Of a DNA stretch of 32,738 nt, positions 16,859 to 27,063 are shown piece by piece (the stretch's first letter is position 1; each line of letters begins with the position of its first letter). The translations under genes were made by a program, and so were the position numbers. The stretch spans positions 1 to 32,738 of the forward strand of contig CAZRJS010000004.1 of NCBI GenBank assembly GCA_964600565.1. Direction: 5' to 3'. The DNA is from Candidatus Woesearchaeota archaeon. Lineage in GTDB: Archaea; Nanobdellota; Nanobdellia; Pacearchaeales; GW2011-AR1. A model generated the notes under the pieces. That model was not told the DNA's origin and ran no database searches. It worked only from the letters and a program-made list of their open reading frames with translations.

Positions 16859-18214
16859 TTAGTGAAAATCAGATTTTTTAAAAAATATTTGCCCAAAGAT
16901 TAAAACGATTAATGAAACTGGCAATGTTACTACAGAAGTTTCGGGTGTGATATAGCCAACTGCTATAAGAATGATTGCTGAAATAAAACCTAATAATATG
17001 CTATAAAATACTGCTTTTTCTTTTAGGTTCCAGAAGAATGAAGTTACCATTGCAGGCGCTATGGCTAAACCAATAGCCACGACTGCAAATACTATATCAA
17101 TAATCTTTTGAACAAATATGGCAACAAGTATTGATAATAAAATTAAACCAAATATTGAAAGTCTTGTCATCTTTACAAGTCTTTCTTTTGAGGCACCCCT
17201 AAATCTAGCAATAAAATCTTTTGATATATTCATAGAAGTAACAAAAGCAAAAGTATCAGCACTTGACATAATTGATGCAAAAATAAATATTAAAGCAAAA
17301 CCTAACAGCCAAGAAGGTAATAGATGTGAAAACCCATAGTAAAGTGCTTCTTGTGATTCTATATTTGGAAAATTATTTTTAGCAACAATACCAACAATAC
17401 TAATCGCAAGACCAAATAATAACAGCACAATTCCTGCAAGGTAAAATCCTTTTTTCAAGGTTTTTTTAGAAGATGAAGCATAAGCTCTTTGCCAAATATC
17501 CGCAGATATTAACAGAGCAAACAAGCCGATTATACTAAAACCAATAATTTGTCCAATACCTACTGAAAAGAGATTATATTGTAATGGATCTAATTTTACA
17601 GTTGTATTAAATGAAAATATTAAAACAAAGATTAAAGTAATCATCACAAAAAATTGAAATAAGTCTGTTTTAACTACAGAGCTAAATCCTCCTAACATTA
17701 AATAAAGGAAGATAATTGATCCCATGATCAAAACTGATGAAATATAAGACCACCCTGAAATTGCAGAGAGCAATTTTCCCCCTGCAATAAATTGAACTAA
17801 TAACAAAGCAATAAACATAATAAAAACAAGTATTGCACTAATAAGCCCGGTTCTTTTTCCGAATTTATAATAAAAGTAATCTGATACTGTATGAAATTCT
17901 TTTTCATCAGCAAGAGGTTTTAATTTTTTTCCGATTAAAGAAGGAAAAACAAATAATCCTAATGAAGCTCCAACAAACATCCATATTGAAGAAATACCAT
18001 ATTCAAAAGCTAAGGCTGTAAAAGTTACTAATACTCCTCCTCCAACAAAACCGGCACATAAAGTTGCAACTAAGGGAATTACTTTCACTTTTCTACTTGC
18101 TATTAGAAAATTATCTTCAGATTTTCTTCTAAATGAGATAAATCCTATAAGTATACACGCTAATAGATATGCTATTACTAAAAGCAAGTTTGCCGATCCA
18201 ATTGCGTTTGCCAT
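16859..18214 (-). CDS. Sodium:solute symporter (SSS/PutP-like)
   Basis: About 13 TM segments; FLIASR, VGGG, YLMLGGFSSVVKTDLFQ, WQRAYAS, ASIMSSADT. Confidence 0.9.
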   Translation of the reverse strand: MANAIGSANLLLVIAYLLACILIGFISFRRKSEDNFLIASRKVKVIPLVATLCAGFVGGGVLVTFTALAFEYGISSIWMFVGASLGLFVFPSLIGKKLKPLADEKEFHTVSDYFYYKFGKRTGLISAILVFIMFIALLLVQFIAGGKLLSAISGWSYISSVLIMGSIIFLYLMLGGFSSVVKTDLFQFFVMITLIFVLIFSFNTTVKLDPLQYNLFSVGIGQIIGFSIIGLFALLISADIWQRAYASSSKKTLKKGFYLAGIVLLLFGLAISIVGIVAKNNFPNIESQEALYYGFSHLLPSWLLGFALIFIFASIMSSADTFAFVTSMNISKDFIARFRGASKERLVKMTRLSIFGLILLSILVAIFVQKIIDIVFAVVAIGLAIAPAMVTSFFWNLKEKAVFYSILLGFISAIILIAVGYITPETSVVTLPVSLIVLIFGQIFFKKSDFH

Positions 18215-18298
18215 ACAAAAATATTCCTTGAAATACTACTTAAAGAACAGTTGCGGAATATCCACAACATTTAAAAATAAAGTCTTCTAATTCAATAT

Positions 18299-19015
18299 AT
18301 GAATGATAAAATAAAACAGGTTTTGGAAAATTTAGGATTTGAAGATAGAGAAATTAAGATTTACCTAACTTTAGTTAGAGAACAAAACCTTACCGCATTG
18401 CAAATCTCAAAGAAAACTTGGATAGATAGAACTACTACTTATGATATTTTAGAAAGATTGATAAATAAGGGTGTTGCATCTTCATTTACACAGGATAAGA
18501 TTAGACACTTTAAAGCATTGACTCCTAATAATTTGTTAATTTATTTTAAGGAAAAGTTTTCTTCATTAGAGACTATTCTTCCATCTCTAAATCAAATTAA
18601 AGACCAACCTAAGGAAATTGTTAAATGCGAATTATTTCAAAGTAAGAATGGATTTAAAGCAGTTATAAGAGATTTTATTGAAGCTAATGTGAATTATAAG
18701 GCAATAGGGATAAGAAAAGAATATGAAGAGATATTAGGATATTCAACAGATCAAGGCGTTTTAAAATTAAATGAATTAAAAGTCAAAGAAAAAGCGATTA
18801 TAGAAGAAGGCTCAAAATTTATTCCACTCAAATATGGAGTTTACCGTTATCTTAAAAAGAAGTGGCTTCCACCAATTACAACGTTAATTTATACTAATGT
18901 TGTAGTTTTTTTTATTTGGAAAGAACCCTATTTTGCTATAAGAATCGAAAACAAAGAGTTTGCTAAACTTCAATCTGAATATTTTGACCTTTTGTGGGAT
19001 GTTGCTAAACCTTAA
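18299..19015 (+). CDS. TrmB-family transcriptional regulator
   Basis: LENLGFEDREIKIYLTL...ISKKTWIDRTTTYDILERLINKG; C-terminal YFDLLW. Divergent from the symporter. Confidence 0.88.
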   Translation: MNDKIKQVLENLGFEDREIKIYLTLVREQNLTALQISKKTWIDRTTTYDILERLINKGVASSFTQDKIRHFKALTPNNLLIYFKEKFSSLETILPSLNQIKDQPKEIVKCELFQSKNGFKAVIRDFIEANVNYKAIGIRKEYEEILGYSTDQGVLKLNELKVKEKAIIEEGSKFIPLKYGVYRYLKKKWLPPITTLIYTNVVVFFIWKEPYFAIRIENKEFAKLQSEYFDLLWDVAKP

Positions 19016-19236
19016 GTTGGATGAAAATTGCTAAATATTTTAATATTTAAATATTATTAAACAAAAAAGGCATATCTTTATTTCCCCCTAATTTTGTTAT
19101 TAGGCTATATTCATTATAAATATTAATATGATTACTCCAGCTATTATTCTCTGAAAACATTTTCATAATTTTAACTAATATTATAATATCAATAAAAAAT
19201 TTATATTTTTATATAGAATTCAATAAGCACAAATTA

Positions 19237-19446
19237 TTAAAATTTATCTAAATAATAATTAAGTAATTTATAGCCCTTTCCCTCCTTAATCATTTCAACT
19301 CCCCATTTAGTAAATTTTCTCTCAGCATTTTTAACAAGTTCAGGAGAATAAAATTCCTTTTCATTTTCATCAAAATAATCTCTTAAGATTTTAGATCCTT
19401 TTTTTAAGCCATTTCCCCCTTTATGTTCTCCATATAATTTTTTCAT
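19237..19446 (-). CDS. Hypothetical protein
   Basis: 69-aa ATG ORF downstream of tuf. Confidence 0.5.
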   Translation of the reverse strand: MKKLYGEHKGGNGLKKGSKILRDYFDENEKEFYSPELVKNAERKFTKWGVEMIKEGKGYKLLNYYLDKF

Positions 19447-19578
19447 AAAATTTTCTCTTAACTTATTTATTTGTTTTATTTTTAAAATTTATTTTTGTTG
19501 AATAAAAAAAAATAATTATCCTCAATATTATTGACTATTAGTAAATAGTTTCTCTCCTCCATTTTTTTTAAAAAAGAA

Positions 19579-20868
19579 TTAGGCTTTTTTTTCGCTTACA
19601 ATTTCTGTACACATTCCTGCAGCTACTGTCTGTCCAGCATCTCTTACAGCAAATCTGCTCATAAAAGAATTATCTTTTTGTGTTTCAATGCAAACATTTC
19701 CTTGTGGTTTAATTTTAACTTTTGCAGTATCTCCATTTTTCAAAAAATCAGGACTTTTTTCAATAGCTTCACCTGTTCGTGGATCTATTTTTTCAATTAA
19801 TTCTACAAATTGACAAGGAACTTGCGCTGTGTGAATATGAAATACCGGAGTATAACCTTTTGCTAAAACAGTTGGATGATTAATAACAGTTATTGTAGCA
19901 AGAAACTCTTCTACAACTGAAAGAGGTTTTGCAGAATCACAAATAACATCACCACGAGCAATATCCTTTTTACCAACACCTCTAATATTAATTCCAACAT
20001 TATCTCCAGCTCTTGCTTCTGAGAGGGTTTCATGATGCATTTCTATTGTTTTAACTTCACCCTCAATTCCTTTTCCAGTTCTTCCAGGAAGAACTTTTAC
20101 TTTCATACCTTGTTTCATAAGTCCAGTTTCAATTTTTCCAACAGGAACTGTTCCAATACCAGTGATATCATAAACATCTTGCACAGGCATTCTCATAGGT
20201 AAGTTAGTAGGAGATTCTGGGGCTGGGAATAAATCAAATTGCTCTATTATTGTTGGACCTTTATACCAAGACATATTTTCTGTTTTTTTGAAAATATTAT
20301 CTCCTTTTAATCCAGAACATGCAATAAAACTAGTTGTTTCAGGATTTATTCCAACACCTTTTAATAATTTCCCAATTTCTTCTTTAACCTCATTGAATTT
20401 TTTTTCATCATAATTTATTGCATCCATTTTATTGATTGCTACAGCAATATTCTTAACACCCATTGTTCTTAATAACCATAAATGTTCTGTTGTTTGTGGT
20501 TGAACACCTGCAGGAGCAGCAATAACTAAAAATGCTGAATCAGCTTGTGAAGCACCAGTAATCATATTTTTAACAAAATCTCTGTGTCCAGGAGCATCAA
20601 TAATTGTAACCTCCCATTTTTTTGTAATTATTTTTTTATAAGCAAGATCAATTGTAACCCCTCTTGCTCTTTCTTCTTTAATTTTATCCATAACATAAGC
20701 AAATTCAAAACCAGATTTTCCATGTTTTTCAGCTTCTTCTCTAAGTTTTTTCATTTCTTGGTCAGAAACAGCTCCAGACTGGAATAAAAGTTGTCCAACT
20801 ACTGTTGATTTTCCAGCATCAACATGCCCTACAAAAACAATATTCATATTTGGTTTTTCTCTTGCCAT
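19579..20868 (-). CDS. tuf: Translation elongation factor 1-alpha
   Basis: GHVDAGKST, ERARGVTID, DAPGHRDFVKNMITGASQAD, NKMD, RFAVRD. Confidence 0.98.
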   Translation of the reverse strand: MAREKPNMNIVFVGHVDAGKSTVVGQLLFQSGAVSDQEMKKLREEAEKHGKSGFEFAYVMDKIKEERARGVTIDLAYKKIITKKWEVTIIDAPGHRDFVKNMITGASQADSAFLVIAAPAGVQPQTTEHLWLLRTMGVKNIAVAINKMDAINYDEKKFNEVKEEIGKLLKGVGINPETTSFIACSGLKGDNIFKKTENMSWYKGPTIIEQFDLFPAPESPTNLPMRMPVQDVYDITGIGTVPVGKIETGLMKQGMKVKVLPGRTGKGIEGEVKTIEMHHETLSEARAGDNVGINIRGVGKKDIARGDVICDSAKPLSVVEEFLATITVINHPTVLAKGYTPVFHIHTAQVPCQFVELIEKIDPRTGEAIEKSPDFLKNGDTAKVKIKPQGNVCIETQKDNSFMSRFAVRDAGQTVAAGMCTEIVSEKKA

Positions 20869-21210
20869 TTTTATAAGTTTATTAAAAAATGTTTAATGTC
20901 TAATTCAAAAAAAATGAGTTTATAAACTTTTTGTTGTTTTTCTTTTTAAAGTTGCAAATATTTTTAATTTATTAGTTCCTTAATTAACCTTGTTGTTGTA
21001 GAAGTGAACTTATTAATGATGAAATTTGCAATAGATATTTATTAACTTCTTCAGTAGAAATCTATAATCTTCAAAATATCAATTTATTAACTATACAAGG
21101 GATATTTAGAAATTTTGATTAGAAAGGAGTTTTAAAACAAGTTATTTTGTTTAAGAATTGTAGATATAATCTTCCAATAACTTTTTAACCTTTTTTTCTA
21201 TAGAAAAATA

Positions 21211-22020
21211 ATGCAACTAACAATAATACAGCAAATAATTCTTGGGATAATCCAGGGAGTAACTGAATGGATTCCTATTAGCTCAAGTGCAATGACAACT
21301 TTGGTGATGTCAAATTTTTATAATATCACAGATATAAGTTTTTTAATTCATTCAACTTTATTATTGCATTTAGGAACTTTTTTTGCAGCTTTAATTTATT
21401 TTAGAAAAGATGTGTGGAATTTAACAAAATCTTTATTTAATTATAAGAATTCTGAAAAAGAAATTCAAAATATTTTGAAATTTTTAATTATTTCAACAAT
21501 AATTAGTGGGATTATTGGATTAATTATCTTAAAATTTTTAATGAATTTTAATGATGTATTAGATATAACAAGCAAAAGCATAGTTTTTTTTGTAGGAATT
21601 TTATTATTGTTTACAGGAATTATTCAGATTAAAATAAAAAATAGGGGATTAAGAAAAGAAAATGAGATTACTAATAATGATTCAGTGTTCCTTGGAATTG
21701 CACAAGGGGCTGCTTTGCTTCCAGGGGTTTCCCGCTCAGGAATAACTATTTCTTCACTGCTTTTAAAAAAGTTTGATGATACAACTGCGCTTCGATTAAG
21801 TTTTTTAATGAGTCTTCCAATTGTTTTGTTAGGAAATATTTTTCTAAACTTGCCTGATTTATTTGAGATAGCAAATACAACATCAATCTATGGTTTGCTC
21901 ACCTCTTTTGTATTTGGTTTAGCTACAATCTCTGGGTTAATGAAACTTTCAAAGAAAATTAATTTTGGATGGTTTGTATTAATATTTGCATTGTTAATGT
22001 TAGGAAGTTTGCTGATTTAA
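21211..22020 (+). CDS. uppP: Undecaprenyl-diphosphate phosphatase (BacA/UppP family)
   Basis: QGVTEWIPISSS, LHLGT, GIAQG...PGVSRSG, LSFLMSLP; multiple TM segments. Confidence 0.9.
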   Translation: MQLTIIQQIILGIIQGVTEWIPISSSAMTTLVMSNFYNITDISFLIHSTLLLHLGTFFAALIYFRKDVWNLTKSLFNYKNSEKEIQNILKFLIISTIISGIIGLIILKFLMNFNDVLDITSKSIVFFVGILLLFTGIIQIKIKNRGLRKENEITNNDSVFLGIAQGAALLPGVSRSGITISSLLLKKFDDTTALRLSFLMSLPIVLLGNIFLNLPDLFEIANTTSIYGLLTSFVFGLATISGLMKLSKKINFGWFVLIFALLMLGSLLI

Positions 22021-22089
22021 TTTTAGCTTAAATGTTATAGCATAATAAACATAAATGCTTAAAAACTAGAATTATTTATAGAAATAACA

Positions 22090-22461
22090 ATGGGAGTTTT
22101 AAATAAAGAATTAGATTCTAGAATATTTTCCTTAGAAAATTCTTTAAGAAAATTACAAGATTTAAAACCTTCTCCCTCGTTCAATTGGGCTAGTTCAGGA
22201 AGACAGATGAATAAAAAGCAAATTAATGATTTTAATTCGGATTATACAAATTTAAATAAAAAAATAGACAGATTAAAAGAAAATAGATATGATAAAAATA
22301 CTCCCTCTTTTAATAATGAAGTAGAAAGCAGTTTATCTCTTGCAAGAGAATTAACTATGAAATATACTCCTATGAAAAATTTTCGGGAAGTTTCTCAAAA
22401 ATTTTTCTATTCCCAAATCTTTCCAAATAGCATAGGTTCTTTAAGAAGTAGAAGTTGGTAA
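22090..22461 (+). CDS. Hypothetical protein
   Basis: 123-aa ATG ORF with a TTAAAAA box upstream. Confidence 0.6.
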   Translation: MGVLNKELDSRIFSLENSLRKLQDLKPSPSFNWASSGRQMNKKQINDFNSDYTNLNKKIDRLKENRYDKNTPSFNNEVESSLSLARELTMKYTPMKNFREVSQKFFYSQIFPNSIGSLRSRSW

Positions 22462-22556
22462 GTTAATTTTAATATTTTTATCTTTTATCCAATTATTTTA
22501 TATTCTCACTCTTTAGTAAATAGAAAAGTTAATATTAACTCTTTTTTAGAAATTAA

Positions 22557-24617
22557 ATGGAATCTAAAAAATCTGAAAGTTCTTGGTGTTTATATTCTGA
22601 AAAAAACAATAATCTTCTCCCTCCAATGAAATTTTCAAATGGAAAAACACAGGAAACAGTTGTAGATGAAGTTTTATCTGAAATTAAAAAAGGAACAAAA
22701 GTAATTTTTATAAAAGGCTTGTGTGGAACTGGAAAATCTGCAATTGCATTAAATATTGCGCGTCAATTAGGAAGAGCTTCAATTGTTGTCCCAATAAAAA
22801 ATCTTCAAAAACAATATGAAAGAGATTATACAAATGAAAAATATCTCATTAAGAATATAGACAATTCCCTTAATAGTAACAAATTGAATGGGAAATTCTC
22901 TAATAATTCTCTTAAAAAAAAGTCTGATTCTATTAATGAAGAGACTTATGATAAAAAATTAAAAATATCCTCAATAACTGGGAGGCAGAATTTTGAATGC
23001 CCTTTTTTAAAGGAGGAACCTACTAGTGTAAAACCTGAGAAAAAAGAGAGAAATCTCTCTTTAGATATTTTTGATTCTCCTATTAAAAAATTAGAAAATT
23101 CTTTTAAAAAAGAAGATAGCTCTTGTGATAATGATTCTCTTCCTTGCAAAATAAAATTTAAATCTAAGAATAGTCAACTAATAAGAAAATATTTAAGAAA
23201 AAACCCAAAAGTTAATTCAAGTATTTTGGCTATTGAAGAAATAAAAAGATTCTCCATTGCCCCTGTATGCCCTTATTGGTCTCCTATAATTCCTGCTGAA
23301 ATTGATTTAAAGAGGATTTTAGATGATGCAAAATTAATTAATTATAAAGGCTTAGATAATAAAGAATATTCAATATATCAGAGAAAAAAAGGTTGCCCTT
23401 ATTATAATCAGTTTCTTTCTTATACTAATTCAGATGTTTTAATTTTTAACAGTTCTAATTATAAAATTGAATTAAGTATGGGTAGAAAGCCTGAAACAGA
23501 TATAGAAATTATTGACGAGTGCGATGAATTTTTAGATAGTTTTTCAAATAATGAAAAAATTAGCTTTAAAAGACTTGAATCAGAAATACCTTATATTCTC
23601 CCTGAGACTGATTCTGCAAAAAGGGCAATTGATGAGATAATCAGACTATCAAAAGAAATACAAATTAATTTTAAAAGTAAAAATTTAGAAGATGAAAATG
23701 AAATAATTCCCTTAAAACAAACAAAAATTTATGATTTATTAAAAATTTTCCTTGATTCTTCACTTTTGAATTCTGTTGAAAGTGATGAAGAAAATTATTG
23801 TTTTCATATTGAAAAAGTAGGAAAAACTTTTGAAAATTCATTTGAAGACACATATGTAACTTTCTATAAAAATGAAGATTCTTTAATCGCAGAACTTGTA
23901 ACTATAAATCTTGAGAAGAAATTTCAGGAAGTTTTAGATAAAAGCAATTCTTTAGTTTTTATGTCAGGAACTCTTCATTCAGAAGAAATTTTAAAAAATC
24001 TTTTTGGAATAAAAAATTTCATCACAATAGATGCTGAAACAAAATTCCCTGGAGAAATAATTCCAGTTAAAACAGGTTTTGAGATTAATTGCAATTATAG
24101 AAATTTAAGATCAAGTGAAACAACTCGTGAAACATATCTTAGGGCATTAAATAGGTGTATTGATAAGGCAAAAACCCCTTGTTTAATTCATGTAACTTCT
24201 TTTTATGATTTGCCAACTGAAATTGAGCAAGAAAAATTTGGATTAAGCCTGATGTCAAGAGAAAAACTAAAAGAAATTCAAAATAAAGATAAAGAAAATA
24301 AATTAATTGATTCTTTTAAAAGAGGAAAGATTTCTTATTTTTATACAACTCGCAGTTCTCGAGGGGTTGATTTTCCTGGTGAAATGTGCAACAGCATTGT
24401 TTTAACAAAATATCCTTATCCTAATGTAAATTCAACTTTTTGGAAAATTCTTAGAAAAGTTAAACCTGAGTATTATAATTCTTTTTATAAAGATAAATCA
24501 GAAAGAGAGTTTCTTCAAAAAATTTATAGGGCTTTGAGGTATAAAGATGATAAAGTTTATCTTTTATCTCCTGATTCAAGAGTGTTTTATAATTTAGATA
24601 ATTTAATGAGGAAATAG
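22557..24617 (+). CDS. XPD/Rad3/DinG-type SF2 helicase
   Basis: Q motif, Walker A CGTGKS, GRQNFEC and GCPYY (FeS-region Cys), Walker B IIDECD, MSGT, RGVDFPG, KYPYP, motif VI QKIYRALR. Confidence 0.82.
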   Translation: MESKKSESSWCLYSEKNNNLLPPMKFSNGKTQETVVDEVLSEIKKGTKVIFIKGLCGTGKSAIALNIARQLGRASIVVPIKNLQKQYERDYTNEKYLIKNIDNSLNSNKLNGKFSNNSLKKKSDSINEETYDKKLKISSITGRQNFECPFLKEEPTSVKPEKKERNLSLDIFDSPIKKLENSFKKEDSSCDNDSLPCKIKFKSKNSQLIRKYLRKNPKVNSSILAIEEIKRFSIAPVCPYWSPIIPAEIDLKRILDDAKLINYKGLDNKEYSIYQRKKGCPYYNQFLSYTNSDVLIFNSSNYKIELSMGRKPETDIEIIDECDEFLDSFSNNEKISFKRLESEIPYILPETDSAKRAIDEIIRLSKEIQINFKSKNLEDENEIIPLKQTKIYDLLKIFLDSSLLNSVESDEENYCFHIEKVGKTFENSFEDTYVTFYKNEDSLIAELVTINLEKKFQEVLDKSNSLVFMSGTLHSEEILKNLFGIKNFITIDAETKFPGEIIPVKTGFEINCNYRNLRSSETTRETYLRALNRCIDKAKTPCLIHVTSFYDLPTEIEQEKFGLSLMSREKLKEIQNKDKENKLIDSFKRGKISYFYTTRSSRGVDFPGEMCNSIVLTKYPYPNVNSTFWKILRKVKPEYYNSFYKDKSEREFLQKIYRALRYKDDKVYLLSPDSRVFYNLDNLMRK

Positions 24618-24657
24618 GATTATTATTGATTCCCATTAAATACTTTCCACAATCTTT

Positions 24658-24909
24658 TTATTGTTTATCCTTATGGTATAAATCTAACAATGTTATTTTG
24701 TTTTCTTCAATAGAATAAGCATATGAAAGTCTAAAATGCCCAATATAAACTTCTCGCGTTCCTTTTCTGTTATATTTCATTGGCTTTCCAATTTCAGGAT
24801 TAGAAATAAGCTTTTTAATTTGTTTTTCAACTCTTTCTTGGATATCTCTTTTTAATTTTTGAAAAATTTTTCTGAATCTATTTGATTCTCTTATAAATTT
24901 AACTATCAT
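24658..24909 (-). CDS. RelE/ParE-family toxin
   Basis: NPEIGKPMKYNRKGTREVYIGHFRLSY...LYHKD. Confidence 0.85.
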   Translation of the reverse strand: MIVKFIRESNRFRKIFQKLKRDIQERVEKQIKKLISNPEIGKPMKYNRKGTREVYIGHFRLSYAYSIEENKITLLDLYHKDKQ

Positions 24910-25096
24910 TTTTTAATTTTTCAAAGAATTCTTTAGTAGAATATTCACTAAAATTACCTTCATCAATTTCCTGCCATGCTTCTTCAGTTCTTCTTGCAAA
25001 TTCTAGATTATCTATAATAAAATGTTTTATTTCAGCCACTTCTTTTTTTAGAGAAATTATTTCTTCACTTATTTTCGCAATATTTATTTGTTCCAT
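24899..25096 (-). CDS. Putative antitoxin
   Basis: Acidic 65-aa ORF overlapping the toxin start; EEAWQEIDEG...KEFFEKL. Confidence 0.75.
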   Translation of the reverse strand: MEQINIAKISEEIISLKKEVAEIKHFIIDNLEFARRTEEAWQEIDEGNFSEYSTKEFFEKLKNDS

Positions 25097-25126
25097 AATT
25101 AATTAAAATAACATAATTATTTAAGT

Positions 25127-25405
25127 TTGTTGGTTTATGGTTTTGGAAATTTAAATGCATATTTAATTGAATATCTTGAATCAAAAGTAGAAAAAAAGGA
25201 TAATATAAGGATTTTTTCAGGAGGAAATTTAGAAAAGCAGACAAAAAAATTACAAAAGTTAGGAGTGAATAAAAAATTTTTACCTGTTCTTTCAAAAAGT
25301 AAATTTAAGGGGAAAATTGTTGAAGAATGTATTGATGACACAAATCCCATCTGGCAGGGATTTCAAACTTTAAAATATAAACACCCAAATGGGCAATTAG
25401 ACTAA
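25127..25405 (+). CDS. Hypothetical protein, possibly a 5'-truncated fragment
   Basis: Only a TTG start, lying within the divergent TA promoter; IFSGG...K...IDD. Confidence 0.4.
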   Translation: MLVYGFGNLNAYLIEYLESKVEKKDNIRIFSGGNLEKQTKKLQKLGVNKKFLPVLSKSKFKGKIVEECIDDTNPIWQGFQTLKYKHPNGQLD

Positions 25406-25430
25406 TTAATTAGTTAAAAGAAATAATAAA

Positions 25431-25691
25431 ATGAAAATGAATCAAGAAAAAATAGAATTATTAATTAAAGAATATGGAATAAATCTTGGAGAAGAAAAAG
25501 GTCGTTCTATTAATATTTTACGATATGATTTAATAGATAAGTTACAAGCATTTCAAAGAATTTTTAAAGATTCTCCAAATCCAAAAACAAGAACTACAAC
25601 TGCAATCGCTTACAAACAACATTATAATAATTGTCTAAAGGCATTTGAATTATTAATTCCTGAATTAAATATTTATAAAAATAAAAAATAA
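25431..25691 (+). CDS. Hypothetical protein
   Basis: 86-aa ATG ORF. Confidence 0.6.
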   Translation: MKMNQEKIELLIKEYGINLGEEKGRSINILRYDLIDKLQAFQRIFKDSPNPKTRTTTAIAYKQHYNNCLKAFELLIPELNIYKNKK

Positions 25692-26089
25692 AATACAAAA
25701 TTAGGCATATTGAAACAAGTGTAGGGAAATATGGACAGAAATTTGTAATTAATAAACAAGAGGATAAATTAGTATATTATGCGCGAACTTTAAAATCGCG
25801 AAAGTATCCTTTTCACGAGGTGATAGAAGAAAGATATAATTTAAAAGATGTGGTTGGAGGGGGGAAATATAGGCCTTTTTAGGGAACAATTATTTGCCTT
25901 AGATTTTAATGGTATATCAAATTCTATGGGAACTCGGGCAAGTATAAGGGAATTCCTAAGGAAATAATGAAAAATTTTAAGCAACCTTTAATAAAAGTTT
26001 ATAATCAAATTAATCCAAAAATTAAAGATATTATAATTAATACAAATTATCTTAAAACTTTAGAAAGATGGTTAGATTTAAATTATTGA
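25688..26089 (+). pseudogene. Disrupted gene resembling the Janus/Ocnus (PHPT1-like) fold
   Basis: One frame from ATA 25688 to TGA 26089, with internal stops at 25880 and 25907. Motifs FHEVI...VVGGGKY...IKFYGNSGKY. Confidence 0.5.
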
Positions 26090-26114
26090 TTTTCACTTAA
26101 ACCTTTTATAAAGA

Positions 26115-27005
26115 TCAAACGCCATCATAAAAAGAAAAAGAATATTTTTTATCTTCTGTTTTTTCAGGTTTTAATGCACTTTCTATTTTTTCTGGAACAT
26201 AATCTGAAAGTTCTTTTCTAAAAGCTCTCGCACGCAGATAATTGTTTGTGATAAAAAAAGGTTTTATATTTTGTTTAATATATTTTTCATAAGTATCAAA
26301 AAGTTCATCCTTATTTTTTTGTATTTCGAAACTTTCTTCTTTTTTTATCATTCTAAATTTATCTACAACAAATGTTTTGTTTTTAATCAGACTAATTCCC
26401 TCATTCGCAGAGTAACTAACTAATCCTGCTTGTGCTGTTCTTTTTTCTCCAATATCTATATTAAATAAAGAGTATTGTTTTTTTGCATTTTTAGAAACAG
26501 AAAAAATTCCTCCTTTTTGTTCTTCTGATTTTCCAAAATTCCCTAATGTTATTCCTGATAACATTTTATTTGCAAGTCCAAAATTCCCTAATCCAATTCC
26601 TGAAACCATATTTTCTGTCTTTCCGAAATTTCCTAACCCCCCTATTAAAACCATATTTTCTGCTTCTCCAAAATTACCTAAACCTATTCCTGAATTCATT
26701 TTTTCTGATTTCCCAAAATTCCCTAATCCAATTAAATTTCCCATCTCTTCTGATTTTCCAAAATTTCCCAATCCTAAAAAATACCCAATATTTTCTGCTT
26801 CTCCAAAATTCCCCAAAGAGATAATTTGAACTGAACCATTTTTATTGCCTATAGTTCCTCCAATAAAAGAATAATCATTTATTGGAAATTTTCCAATTGT
26901 AAAATTAACCAAGGAATATCTGCTTGGTGTTTTATTTGATTTCAATGTTAAAAAAGTTATGTCATATAATTTTTTCTCTATTCCTTTATATTTTATATTA
27001 TCCAT
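26115..27005 (-). CDS. Glycine-rich 15-aa repeat protein (probable beta-solenoid)
   Basis: Seven LGNFG-containing repeats at exact 15-aa spacing. Confidence 0.75.
   Translation of the reverse strand: MDNIKYKGIEKKLYDITFLTLKSNKTPSRYSLVNFTIGKFPINDYSFIGGTIGNKNGSVQIISLGNFGEAENIGYFLGLGNFGKSEEMGNLIGLGNFGKSEKMNSGIGLGNFGEAENMVLIGGLGNFGKTENMVSGIGLGNFGLANKMLSGITLGNFGKSEEQKGGIFSVSKNAKKQYSLFNIDIGEKRTAQAGLVSYSANEGISLIKNKTFVVDKFRMIKKEESFEIQKNKDELFDTYEKYIKQNIKPFFITNNYLRARAFRKELSDYVPEKIESALKPEKTEDKKYSFSFYDGV
26510..26824 (-). repeat. Seven degenerate 45-bp coding tandem repeats
   Basis: CCRAAATT anchors at 26533, 26578, 26623, 26668, 26713, 26758 and 26803. Confidence 0.85.
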
Positions 27006-27063
27006 TATTTTAAAGAATTAAAAGATTTATAAGAATTATTGTCCTAAATTAATTTTAATCTGC

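Noticed and set aside
20869-21210. Intergenic gap as an ncRNA or pseudogene
   Set aside because: AT-rich, with no GC-rich stem or convincing reading frame seen.
21211-21300. UppP lacking the usual GH after PISS (reads SSSAM) as evidence of inactivity
   Set aside because: The Glu, Ser and PGxSRSG residues are retained; one substitution is insufficient evidence.
26510-26824. Regularly spaced repeats as a CRISPR array
   Set aside because: The period is 45 bp and in-frame, with variation at synonymous positions and no unique spacers; no cas operon is visible.
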